NCBI GenBank assembly: GCA_002269645.1
Contig: NIVC01000598.1
Coordinates: forward strand, 656,286-720,285
Direction of reading: 5' to 3'
Origin: Macrostomum lignano
Lineage: Eukaryota
DNA: 64,000 nt
How positions within the stretch are numbered: the stretch's first letter is position 1; the number at the start of each line of letters is the position of its first letter. The notes below the pieces were generated by a model. It had not been told where the DNA came from. It saw only the letters and a list, made by a program, of their open reading frames with translations, and did no database searches. This document shows, piece after piece, positions 25,146 to 37,456 of the stretch. Made by a program: the position numbers and the translations under genes.

Positions 25146-26481
25146 CAGTGACGCACAATGAATTAAGACCACCTAACATAAATTCGAACTTTTAACTTCA
25201 TAACCTACACAGATTGCGGGAGCATTTTAATCTAATCAGTTATGGATAACCCTGGTATCAATTAATCAAATGTGTGATGCGTTGGGCAATTACTCGCAAT
25301 TTAGTGTTCAATTATAGTCCTTTGTCTCACTTTTGAATTTGATAAGTCACACTTTTGAAATAATTGGGCTAAAAGGTGCCTTAAAAGTGGCCCCGCTGAT
25401 TCTGCAAGTCCAAAACATCTAATTCAATACTACTGCAAGCCAAAATGATCTCGAACTCTCCTAGACTGGGGAAAGGCAGAACTCTATCGCCTGAGTCGTG
25501 TAGGAAAATCAGGGCCCTGTTCGAACAAGGAGTTTCCCAGCGTGCCATAGCCACCCAGCTGGGAAAGTCGAAAACGTGCGTCCAGCAAGCCCTCAGGCGC
25601 CTCAGCAGCACTGGCAGCACAGGCTGTGCCCCAAGACCTGGCAGGGCACTGAAAACTGACCTCCGACTGGATCGACAAATTTTGCGAATGTCCCGAGTCC
25701 AACCGTCGGCTCACCGCTGTGGACATCAGCCGTGACTTCTGGTGTCCAGAGGTGTCCAGCTGCACCCCATGACTGTCCGCCGCCGTCTGGTAGCTGCTGG
25801 ACTGCATGGCCGCATTGCTAGGAAGAAGCCGTTTATCTCCGACAAGAACCGGAAGCGGCGCTTGAAATGGGCGAAGCAGCATGCAAGCTGGACACCCCAG
25901 GACTGGGCCGAGACCATCTTGAGTGACGAGAGAAAATTTTCCCGCACTGGTTCTGATGGCCGCCAGTATGTGCGCCGCCGAGCTGGTGAGGAACTCGATC
26001 CCAGGTGCACCGTTGGTACCATGAAGCATGGAGGTGGCAATGTCATGGTGTGGGCTGCATTTTCCAGAGCTGGACCTGGGCCAATAACTCGCGTTGAGGG
26101 TATCATGGACAGTCAGAAGTACTGTGACATCCTCAGCAGCAACCTACCAGAGGCAGCAGATGCGCTGCCACTGGGTGCAGTGAACAGCTGCCAGTTTCAG
26201 CAGGACAACGATCCCGAAGCACATCTCCAAGGTTGTGAAGGCATGGCTTGCTGAGAACAACATGCTCACCATGAACTGGCCAGCGCAGTCACCACACCTC
26301 AATCCGATTGAGAATCTGTGGAACTGGGTCGAGTGAGACATCCAGAGGCAGCAGCCAGTTTCCCTTGATCAGCTGTACCGTATCATTGAGGACTCGTGGG
26401 GTATTTAAATTTAGTTTAAATAGCAGTATGGCAAAAATAAAATAATTTTACTTGGTGGTCTTAATTCATTGTTCGCCACGG
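25146..26481 (+). mobile_element. Tc1 (DD34E) DNA transposon, decayed
   Basis: TA|CAGTGACGCACAATGAATTAAGACCACC...GGTGGTCTTAATTCATTGTTCGCCACGG|TA: ~28-bp TIRs with 3 mismatches and a TA TSD. Confidence 0.9.
25445..26336 (+). pseudogene. Tc1 transposase pseudogene
   Basis: HTH-GRALK, LHGRIARKKP, ILSDE, VMVWAAF, QQDND...WPAQSPHLNPIE (34 residues from D to E after correcting a frameshift). Frameshifts near 25700-25740 and 26216; premature TGA at 26334. Confidence 0.9.
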
Positions 26482-28611
26482 TAGCATCATTAGTAATTGT
26501 ACTTCTACCTTGTTTCCCAGGCATTCTGTTTGCTTGACTGCAGTTGATGGTTACTAAGAATCGATTAATATTGTCCCTCTCACACGCCAGTCAATACCAA
26601 CCAAGTACAGCTGTCACCAATGCTTTGTGACAGCTGACAGCACTCTCACATTTGCTCAGCTCAGCTCAGCGTCCGACAATTGGGGAATGATTTATTACTA
26701 CGCATGCCAATCAGCGAACGTAAAAAAAGTAATTTGCTGCTCAAAGAAGAGAAGTTAGTTTCCGTACCAAGCCAAGAAAGTGAGCACTGTTAGTCTGGAG
26801 CTGAACAGCAGACTTGGGCTGCTGTTGAGAAAAATTCAGGCATGCACTGCAGGGCAGCGATGCTGTCGCCCAGACGAAGGAATGATTTGCTCAAAAGGAT
26901 TTTTTAATTGAGGAAGGACAAGTTTTGAGTGAATGAGGGGGGCAGACAGACAGCCTAAAAAGGACGATCAGCAGTCGGGGGATCTGTAACTTGAAATAAA
27001 GTCAGACCTTAATTGCAGTGCGCGATGATATCACTATGAGGCCTGTGACGATATGCAGGCTCTCCTGTTATAATAATCCTAAAAACTTTGGACTTTCACC
27101 GCAGCATAATGATCCTAATATATAGTTCAAACAGTATTATTTTGAGCCTCAAATGCTTGGATTGAGGTTGACATCGTGCGCTGACGAAGAGCAACAGGTA
27201 AAACAGGGTGACTCTCTCATCTCCCCACAAGTACACATTCTGTAGCTTTGAGGCTGACCCTCATTGTGCGTGAGGTCAACTTGCAATCGTTCGCAGAGTT
27301 GGGGACGTTACCGCCCTACTACTTACCGTAGTCTCCTGATGAGACGGTTGCAAAGAGCAGTTGACCAAAATACCAGACTAAGATGATTCTAAAATATGAG
27401 AAAATAGGCCCCAGCTAAGCTGGTCAGCCAGTCCAGGCATTCGTTGAATTTGCTCGAATTTGCGGGATTTATGCTAAAAAATCGCCTGTTCCTGCGTTTG
27501 ACGTCACGGCAGATGAGCTAAGCCGAATTCGTTGGTCTTCAGCTTCGGCCAGATAAAAATCTGTGGAACTAATTGCCTGAGCAATGCATCTCCGACCTGA
27601 CACTGGTTCACTTAACCAAGCCTATTTTCTCTTTTGGTAGAGCAGAGAAAAAATTCGGAAATTGTATCGGGCGCCTGATCTTTTAATCCACTTGTCTTCC
27701 GGAGGGATTAACCAGCAGCCGTTCAGGAAATTGAGCCGGCCAAATCCTGCGCGGACCGAGCAATTGCCTAAAAAGAACAAAAGTCGCTGAACTATCCAGG
27801 GAAGACTAGGAGGCTAGGAGGTTGATAAAAATTCGCATAATTATATTTATTTATGGAAAATTTAAAACTCACCCCGGGAGTTCCAATGTTGAATGCCGTT
27901 AAATTTGGGACAAAAGTGCAATTAATTATAAACCAACTCCGATTTGCGTAGAAATACAGTTGACAAAAAATGTAATTTATTTGAGTTGGTAAAATTGTAC
28001 TCAAGAGCCAACTGCTTTCATCATTTGATTTAGCTGAGCTCTGACAATGTCAAGTGGGTGTCACACGAGGTTTGGGTGCAGTTTTAATGGCTATAGATTG
28101 ATTGATTTACAAGTTTATCAAGCTCTGTTTGACAAATGCTACAAAGGAAATTTCTGTTGTTTATGTACACCGACAGAAGGGAGGGTTGACATCGAAAACA
28201 TTTCCATGAAATCAATGTACTTCAACCAAACATTCGATATTCCATTCTTCCTCTCTCAGCAGTTTACTGAATATTTCCGCACAGTTTTACTCAAACTTGC
28301 TAGCTGAATTATTTGACGACCTAATCCCCAAGACCAAGCCCGGCAATTCGTTCTTATAACTTAGAGTGGCCTGAATCACCAACCCCCCCTCCTGGCTGCT
28401 GCCCTCACTCGGTCATCTTGACCCGGGAAACTGCGGTACGTTGAGAACGAGAGACAGAGAGAAAAAGTGCAAAAGTACCCAGAACCGAGAACTGTACTTC
28501 ATCTTTTGTCACAAATCTAGAACAAATAGCATATAATAATACTGAGCATATTGGAGCGCTATAAAATTCTTATAAAGAACTGTCTTGGGGTAAATGAAAA
28601 ATCATCTCAAG

Positions 28612-28925
28612 CCGGAAGGTTAGTGTCAAATCGGAAGATTAGAGTAAAGCCGGAAGATTACGGTAAAGCCGGAAGATTAGGGTCAAGTCGAAATATTAGG
28701 GCCAAGCCCGAAGATTAGGGTAAAGCCGGAAGATTAGGGTAAAGCCGAAGATTAGGGTAAAGCTGGAAGATTAGAGTAAAGCCGGAAGATTAGGGTCAAG
28801 ACGGAAGATTAGGGTAAAGCCGGAAGATTAGGGTCAAGACGGAAGATTAGGGTGAAGACGGAAGATTAGGGTAAAGCCTGAAGATTAGGGTAAAGCCGGA
28901 AGATTAGGGTAAAGTCCGAGATTAG
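28612..28925 (+). repeat. 19-bp minisatellite GCCGGAAGATTAGGGTAAA
   Basis: Visible tandem copies, most containing TTAGGG. Confidence 0.9.
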
Positions 28926-29732
28926 GATCAATTACTGTTTTTGGAGATCCAGAGACAGTTGGGAAGGCCAATGTACGTAGGGATCAAGACCTCAGGGTCA
29001 AGTAGGAGAAGCCCATGTTCAATTGTAGAATAATGATTATGGATTTTTGCACTCAGAGTACTGTTTTGCCTTAAATATAGCATAAATGTAAACACCCCTT
29101 ATTGACTGCGTGATAATCTGAATAGACCGCGCGAGAAAAACTGTATTCGCGGTCGCGGCTACAGGCAATTCCAATAGAAAAATAACATTTCTGAAAATAC
29201 GAAAGGCGAGGAAAATAATTACTGTCATCTGGTGACGGCGATGGGGGAAGTGAGTCACATGGCGACGACCGCGGGATTCCCCATAGGATTAGAGAGTGAT
29301 CTAAAAAACTGTTTACTTAGCTACTGCCCTCGCACGTATCCATCTGCATATTGATTACTGGGCAAGTATAAATATTTCGATTGCAATTTGGCAGGCATCT
29401 TTGCGGCTGCTCGGGAGCAGATCTTGGAAGTCGCACTTCTACATGTATTCCCAAGTCATGGCCAACTGGGTGTGTTAGTCCTTGTTTCACTCACTTCCTG
29501 CTCGGTGATAGATAAAAAACAATGTTGATTTTGGCTTTCTAGATCAAGATGGCTTCGTCAGTATATGCGGAGTTGTGTGGAGTCATCTTACTGGCACGAG
29601 CGTAGCTACCGGTACCAGAAATTGGCGCATCAGAGGCAATTTATATCCAAAAGCAATACGTAACTCATCTAGAATTACCAAGTTTCCAACCAAACTATTT
29701 AATTACATGGCTGCTAAGCATCGGGGTCAGAG

Positions 29733-30232
29733 CGTCTGACTCTCCGTGGTAAACGCATCTGACTCTCCGTGGTATGTGCGTCTGACTCCCCGTGGTAAAC
29801 GCATCTGACTCTCCGTGGTAAACGCATCTGACTCTCCGTGGTATGTGCGTCTGACTCCCCGTGGTAAACGTGCCCGACTCTCCGTGGTAAATGCGCCTGA
29901 CTCTCCGTGGTATGTGCGTCTGACTCCCGGTGGTAAACGTGTCTGACTCTCCGTGGTAAACGCATCTGACTCCCCGTGGTAAACGTGCCTGACTCTCCGT
30001 GGTAAACGCATCTGACTCCCCGTGGTAAACGTGCCTGACTCTCCGTGGTAAACGCATCTGACTCCCCGTGGTAAACGTGTCTGACTCTCCGTGGTAAACG
30101 CATCTGACTCCCCGTGGTAAACGTGTCTGACTCTCCGTGGTAAACGCATCTGACTCCCCGTGGTAAACGTGCCTGACTCTCCGTGGTAAACGCATCTGAC
30201 TCCCCGTGGTAAACGTGCCTGACTCTCCGTGG
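29733..30232 (+). repeat. 23-bp minisatellite TGACTCTCCGTGGTAAACGCATC
   Basis: Visible; source of ORFs 29695-30257. Confidence 0.95.
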
Positions 30233-31055
30233 TTATGAGCCATAAGAAAATGCTCATAAGTCTAGGAACGGGGATAGGCTAGGTCACCTGGTCGTGTCAC
30301 CTGGTCGAGTCACCTGGCGAGGCTGGACGGCGACGAGAGGACCCAATGTGAGCCTGGAGCGAGGGGACCAAAGTTATGAAGTAGGCCCCAACGTTGCGGA
30401 CGCTAGCTTTTGTCTAAGACACCCAACGTAGCTCGGCTTGCACCATCAGCAGCAGCAGCATCAACGATCTCAGCAGTACGCAACAATCAGCCGATCGGCT
30501 CAGGACAGCAAGACCAGTTCAGCAGGAGTTCATTGTGCTTCCCAACGCTCAATTGTTGCACAAGTGAAAGTTAGAAAAGTTTAGCCGGCTGAACTTGGCT
30601 TGCACTAAGAACGCCTGAACGTCTGGTTCTCACGAAAACTGCTGAGATCAGCGCCCAAAATCTGCGACATCGATACAGCTGCAACACTGGTGGAGCCGCC
30701 GAATGACGCACAACGGCGGTGTCCGATTTCGCTGTTCACATGAAACTGGCACGCAGACATCCAAACTTTCGCACCGAAAAAATAATTCCCAGACTTTCTT
30801 GCAATTGCTATTGGTTTGAAATAACGCTGACTGAGGCAAATTTTGTTGTATAAATATAAGTGCGGAAAAGTAGAAATGGGCCAACTTGCGAGCGAGCAAA
30901 CTGGCGGCCTAACAACTATCGTTCGAACAAAAACTTGTGTTCTAAACTTTCGATTGAACAGTAAAGCCAGTAAAGTTGAAAGGCTAATTGAAATCAAAAG
31001 GAGGCGCAAGCAAACATATTTAGCCGCTTAACTCGACAGGCGCGCAACCTCCTAT

Positions 31056-31136
31056 AGTGGTAAACGAATCTGACTCTCCGTGGTAAACGCGTCTGACTCA
31101 CCATGGTAAACGCATCTGACTCTCCGTGGTAAACGC
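31056..31136 (+). repeat. Short second block of the same 23-bp unit
   Basis: About 3.5 copies of TGACTCTCCGTGGTAAACGC. Confidence 0.85.
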
Positions 31137-32455
31137 TAAACAGATCCGACGTACCACATTACACAGAGTTCGCGCGGCCAATGCACTATTGATAATGAAG
31201 AACCACTTCATCGGAGCAGACAAACAGATTCGCCTCCGTTCGCTTTTCGGACACAAAGAAAAGTCAATCACATATTCCGACGGCCTGGACGGAACGAATT
31301 TCAAAGTCCCTCGGGGCGCGGCCGCGCCAGACAGTGTCTGCTATTCAGCTGGAAAACTCATATTCCAAGCGGGCGAATGAAACAGAAAGAAATAAGAAGG
31401 GGAAACCTAAAGCGGAATTAGCCAACGCGCGCTCGCCAAGGCCTTGGCTTGCTAATTGGATTTTTCGATATGAGATGCCGTCACTCTCGCCCTCCCGGCT
31501 GAGGCGGAGACTTTAGGAGGAGGCGGGACACGGGATTGAACAATAAAATATCTAAAGTGCTCGGTTTTTATCTTCATCTGTTACCACGAGAATTCTGTGA
31601 GACCTTCAAATCACCCTTCTATTGATATTTGGCAAGAATTTCTGTTGTTTGAATACATCGGTTTGAATAATTACCATCGTGCATTTGCTTGCATCCTTAG
31701 GGAGGCTCCGTCCAAGAACTACTCAAGTAACCTTGGCTCCGTCATTTTGTCTTCTAAATTTTGTAGTTGGCACTCTATTATCATTATAAGCAGTACTTCT
31801 TGCGTGCAGGCCCGATATGCAGCAATATTGGCAGCCTCTGGCCTTCTCTATCTGATGTGTTGTCGCCTTGCATGTGACTGGGAATTCCCTCTGTTCTCTG
31901 TCACCTGGTCCCAGTCTCTGCAAAAATAATGGGGGGGGGACAAATCATATGCCAACTTGACGAGTGTTTTCTCCAGTTTGCCCTCGCGCACCCGACTTTT
32001 GGAGGGGGGGGAGGGTTGCTATGCAGTCAACAGGACCTCGGCCGGACTGGGGGGCACCGGTTGACTCTGCCAGGAAGAAACGGCTTGGGGGGACAGCATC
32101 GCATTCCTACAATGTTTGCCAAACGTGCCAACTGGGTGACGCTGTTTACCCAGCCAGCTTGCTCGAAGTTTTTCCTTACTTACCGCAGAACTTACTTACC
32201 TTACTTGCAAGTAGTCCGCAGGGCTTTTTATCGAACACATTACATGTATAATACTCAGCCCGTGCTTGAGCACAGGACGCGACTGACAGTCTGGTCTGCG
32301 AGGCTTCCAAATTATCAATCATGTGCGCAGATGTAGTGCAACAAGTGCAGCAACAGTTTGACCACTCACGCTTCGATTCTGACTGTTGTAATGTCGGTTA
32401 AATATAAATTTTGCCATTGCTTAAGTCAACTAGCTAGTCTCATCAGATTTACATA

Positions 32456-33431
32456 CTGAGGGTCATCCCAAAAGTTTCAGCAATCGAATGATTTTGTGCC
32501 ATAGACAACTTTTAGGACTACAGCACTTATACCACACGAAAGATGAGCATATTTTGGGTGTCTGAGTAAGTTTTTAGCATTCTAGCTGCAAAATTCTGTT
32601 TTCTAGAGAACATTTTGTGAGATACTAAATCAAACATCGGCCGACAACAATAAAATGGAATTTCCGTCGAACTTGGAGCAGCGCTCATACATGAGCGCTG
32701 CTTGATAAAACGGAATGTCTTCGTGGTGTCCCTGCAGCTCAAATTCACCGTCAGTTGCTGCAGGCCCATGGGCCAAATGCGATGAGCCAGCGAGCCGTGT
32801 ACGACTGGTACAGTCGATTCAAGAATGGCCGCTCTGATGTCGAGGATGATGTCGAGGACGAGGAAGGCCAAAAGAAGCTCGCACAGAGTTGAACATCGAG
32901 TTGATCCAAGGGCTGCTGAACATCGATCGCCGTTGGACATGCGAAGAAATGGCTGAGCTGTCCGGAATCCCCTCGTCGAGCTTCATTATTCACCATCTTC
33001 GGCCTGCCTTGCGCAAAAAGCGGCCACAGACCCTGGAACGTGGTCCACTCCTTCTGCACGACAATGCCAGTTCGCACACAGCCCGCATTGTGCAGGACCT
33101 ACTGCGGGACTACCAGTGGGAGGTGCTGCCTCATCCTCCTTACTCCCCAGACCTCAGTCCCTGCGATTTTGACCTTTTTCCGAAGCTTAAGAACCAGCTC
33201 CGAGGGCGTCGTTTCCATTGCCTGGATGACCTGTTCAGCGAGGTCGGCCGCATTGCAAAAGACCTGTGCGAATCCGGCGCTGCTGACGGCGTTCAGAAGT
33301 TGCCTGGCCGCTGGGAGCGCACAATTCAAGTCAACGGAAGTTATTTTGAAGGTTTTTGACATGTTCATTGTTCTGACACTGGTTTGTTGAAAATTAATAG
33401 GCGTTTGCTGAAACTTTTGGGATGACCCTCG
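32456..33431 (+). mobile_element. mariner (DD34D) DNA transposon, internally deleted
   Basis: TA|C(T)GAGGGTCATCCCAAAAGTTTCAGCAA...TTGCTGAAACTTTTGGGATGACCCTCG|TA: TIRs with a TA TSD. Confidence 0.9.
32655..33359 (+). pseudogene. mariner transposase pseudogene
   Basis: EQRSY start, VYDWYSRFKNGR, and LLHDNA...HPPYSPDLSPCDF (D34D). The region with the first catalytic D is missing, and there are early stops/frameshifts. Confidence 0.88.
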
Positions 33432-34197
33432 TATGACTCCAAATCTCAGTATGTCGACGAGCTCTATTTTTAGCGCCAAAAAGCAGCCGAATGAAAATGC
33501 ATTACCTAATTTGGCAAGTGACCTTCAACCTTAACCTGCCCGACTCATTGGAGTACCTGCCTTATTTAGCATTTAAATTTGAATCACAATACATCAAAGT
33601 CCACATAAGAAGCTATGAAGATAAGCTCTTGTAGTCTCTGCACTTTGAGACCTGGCTGTGTTTTCAGGTTATTCTCCAGTCTTCATCGGCTCTTTCAAGC
33701 AAAGTGCACGGCCAATTTTGACAGGTTTTATTTCAGAAAAAAGATTACGAGTAGATAATGCGTTCACAGTGATTAATTTTAGCTTTGAGAAGAATCAGAG
33801 CAGTTAATTCCAGACAAAACATTTCTGACGCTTCATCTGAGGCCCAGAGCACGGAGTTAGAGTCGGATGGATGCGAATGTTTCATACAAATGGCACGTTA
33901 GAATTTATCGTGTTGAAATATTGTTATATAATATACGCTCGTAATAGCGAGAAGGCTGCAGTTATTGGTCAAAATCAAGCGGGAATTGGTATGCTTATTC
34001 TATTACACTACGAGTTCACTACGCTGAAAAAATGACATTCCAGGTTACAATCTGACATGGACTGGTGGTTACGAAATGGCCAATTCAAGAGTTTACCACC
34101 GAGTAGTGAATTCAAACAGAGAAATTCACTCGAGAATTCGATGGTCAACAAGAGCTTTATCAACGAGAATCATCCAACTGAATGGTCAGTTGACCGC

Positions 34198-34470
34198 CTA
34201 GTCGCCATCAGCTTCAGCCGCCTGTTGGTAGCTGCGACCGCTCGGTCGCCGGCTGTTGGGCTGGTCTAGGCGCACCGGATTGTCGATGACGTTGCAGCTG
34301 GAGTAGCGCGGCAGCTGGTGCAAGGGTGTCCGGCGGAGCAGCCGGCGCAGCGGCGACGTGTAGGCTCTGTAGTGCCAGGAGTGCCAGGCCCAGATGCCAA
34401 AGCCGATTAATAGCACCATGGCGGTTGCGGCCGACAGCCAGCCAGCCAGTGAAGCGGTCAGCGTCACTTT
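34198..34470 (-). CDS. Membrane mucin-like protein, exon 2 (TM and cytoplasmic tail)
   Basis: Acceptor TTGATTCAG|AAAGTG, phase 0. LTASLAGWLSAATAMVLLIGFGIWAW is a TM helix, followed by a ~60-aa tail. Confidence 0.75.
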   Translation of the reverse strand, partial: KVTLTASLAGWLSAATAMVLLIGFGIWAWHSWHYRAYTSPLRRLLRRTPLHQLPRYSSCNVIDNPVRLDQPNSRRPSGRSYQQAAEADGD

Positions 34471-34555
34471 CTGAATCAAATTTTGTGTTAAGTACGAGCC
34501 TACAGTCAGAATAGGAATTGATGGCGGAGATACTCGTAATTAAAAAGGGGCTCAC

Positions 34556-37456
34556 CAATTTAGGCCTTATAGTGGTTGGCAAGAACTCTTGAAGAAACTC
34601 TGAGCTGTTGTTCGGATCTGGCCTCTCGGAGAAGGTTCCTTCGAATTGAGACGAAAATATTGAGCTTCTCCGACCGGGGATAACCGTGGAACTTCTCTGC
34701 TGTGAAGTTGTTGAGTTTGTTTGAGGCGGAGTGATGGTTGAGTTTGTTAGAGACGGAGTGATGGTTGAGTTTGTTAGAGGTGGAGTGATGGTTGAGTTTG
34801 TCTGAGGTGGAGTGGTGGTTGAGTTTGTTAGAGGTGAAGTGATGGTTGAGTTTGTTAGAGGCGGAGTGATGGTGGAGTTTGTTAAAGGCGGAGTGATGGT
34901 TAGGTTTGTTAGAGGTGGAGTGATGGTTAGGTTTGTTAGAGGTGGAGTGATGGTTAAGTTTGTCTGAGACGGAGTGATCGTTGAGTTTGACTGAAGCGGA
35001 GTGATGGTTGAGTTTTTTAGAGACGGAGTGATGGTTGAGTTTTTTAGAGACGGAGTGGTGGTTGAGTTTGTTAGAGACGGAGTGATAGTTGAGTTTTTTA
35101 GAGACGGAGTGATGGTTGAGTTTGTCTGAGACGGAGTGATGGTTGAGTTTGTCTGAGACGGAGTGATGGTTGAGTTTGTCTGAGACGGAGTGATGGTTGA
35201 GTTTGTCTGAGACGGAGTGATGGTTGAGTTTGTTAGAGGCGGAGTGATGGTTGAGTTTGTCTGAGACGGAGTGATGGTTGAGTTTGTTAGAGGTGGAGTG
35301 ATGGTTGAGTTTGTTAGAGACGGAGTGATGGTGGAGTTTGTCTGAGACGGAGTGATGGTTGAGTTTGTTAGAGACGGAGTGATGGTTGAGTTTGTTAGAG
35401 GCGGAGTGATCGTTGAGTTTGTCTGAGACGGAGTGATGGTTGAGTTTGTTAGAGGTGGAGTGATGGTTGAGTTTGTTAGAGACGGAGTGATGGTGGAGTT
35501 TGTCTGAGACGGAGTGATGGTTGAGTTTGTCTGAGACGGAGTGACAGTCGTCGAGGTTGTCTTAGCCGTGGAGATGGGCGAGACTGACTGAGTTTGAATC
35601 GGAGTCGGACTCTCTCTTGTAGAGCTCGTTTGAATTGAAATAACAGTCGAACTTGTCTGCGATGGAGTGCTAGTAGAGCTTGTTGAGAGCCATAGGTTAA
35701 TATCTTCTCCGAAAAATCGAGAATTTCGTGAATTCGTTTTTCTGCCCACTTTAGAAGTGCTTGTGTTTCTGCTCCTGTCAACTATTGCATCCGATGTGGG
35801 CACAATTTTATCGTCTTCTACAGCCATTTTTCCGACTGGGGATGTAAAATACTCTTTTTGCTTCTCCGACGCCGTGTCCGTCTTCAGGTCAGCTGTGGAA
35901 GCTTCAGTGCTCCGAGTGACGTCGTCTGTGTCTGTCTTCGTAGCTTCAGTGGAAGCTTCAGTGCTCCGAGTGACGTCGTCTGTGTCTGTCTTCGTAGCTT
36001 CAGTGGAAGCTTCAGTGCTCCGAGTGACGTCGTCTGTGTCTGTCTTCGTAGCTTCAGTGGAAGCTTCAGTGCTCCGAGTGACGTCGTCTGTGTCTGTCTT
36101 CGTAGCTTCAGTGGAAGCTTCAATGCTCCGAGTGACTTCCGTGTCGGTCTTCGTAGCTTCAGTGGAAGCTTCAATGCTCCGAGTGACGTCCGTGTCTGTC
36201 TTCGTAGCTTCAGTGGAAGCTTCAATGCTCCGAGTGACTTCCGTGTTGGTCTTCGTAGCTTCAGTAGAAGCTTCAATGCTCCGAGTGACTTCCGTGTCGG
36301 TCTTCGTAGCTTCAGTGGAAGCTTCAATGCTCCGAGTGACTTCCGTGTCGGTCTTCGTAGCTTCAGTGGAAGCTTCAATGCTCCGAGTGACGTCCGTGTC
36401 TGTATTCGTAGCTTCAGTGGAAGCTTCAATGCTCCGAGTGACGTCCGTGTCTGTATTCGTAGCTTCAGTGGAAGCTTCAATGCTCCGAGTGACGTCCGTG
36501 TCTGTATTCGTAGCTTCAGTGGAAGCTTCAATGCTCCGAGTGACGTCCGTGTCTGTCTTCGTAGCTTCAGTGGAAGCTTCAATGCTCCGAGTGACGTCCG
36601 TGTCTGTCTTCGTAGCTTCAGTGGAAGCTTCAATGCTCCGAGTGACTTCCGTGTCGGTCTTCGTAGCTTCAGTGGAAGCTTCAATGCTCCGAGTGACGTC
36701 CGTGTCTGTCTTCGTAGCTTCAGTGGAAGCTTCAATGCTCCGAGTGACTTCCGTGTCTGTCTTCGTAGCTTCAGTGGAAGCTTCAATGCTCCGAGTGACG
36801 TCCGTGTCTGTCTTCGTAGCTTCAGTGGAAGCTTCAATGCTCCGAGTGACTTCCGTGTCGGTCTTCGTAGCTTCAGTGGAAGCTTCAATGCTCCGAGTGA
36901 CGTCCGTGTCTGTCTTCGTAGCTTCAGTGGAAGCTTCAATGCTCCGAGTGACGTCCGTGTCTGTCTTCGTAGCTTCAGTGGAAGCTTCAATGCTCCGAGT
37001 GACGTCCGTGTCTGTCTTCGTAGCTTCAGTGGAAGCTTCAATGCTCCGAGTGACGTCGTCTGTGTCTGTCTTCTTGTCAGCTGTGGAAGCTTCAATGCTT
37101 CGAGTGACGTCCATGTCTGTCTTCATAGCTTCAATGGAAGCTTCAATGCTCCGAGTGACGTCCGTGTCGGTCTTCAGGTCAGCTGTGAAAGCTTCAGTGC
37201 TCTGAGTGACGTCCGTGTCGGTCTTTAGGTCAGCTGTGAAAGCTTCAGTGCTCTGAGTGACGTCCGAATCTATCTTCGTAGCTTTAGATTCTGGTCTTGT
37301 GCTGTCAGTCATTATTGTTACATTCTTAGAGTTTGACGAGACTATTCGATTGTCAGATGCTACTGTACTGTCCATCACAAGAAGCGAAGTGGCTGGCCAA
37401 ATGAAAGCTGCAAAAGCACTGATCCAAAGCAGTGCTGCACGAAAATTGAACTGCAT
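34556..37456 (-). CDS. Membrane mucin-like Ser/Thr-rich protein, exon 1
   Basis: ATG at 37456 (the track start 37471 is GTG). Signal peptide MQFNFRAALLWISAFAAFIWPATS; 17-aa acidic repeats (~35885-37265) and 9-aa TNSTITPSQ repeats (~34706-35545) separated by unique sequence. Donor TTG|GTGAGC at 34555, phase 0. Spliced product 1057 aa. Confidence 0.8.

Noticed and set aside
35667-37228. Long + strand ORFs opposite the mucin
   Set aside because: Antisense shadows of the 51-bp coding repeat; the minus frame has the signal peptide, unique spacers and a TM exon.
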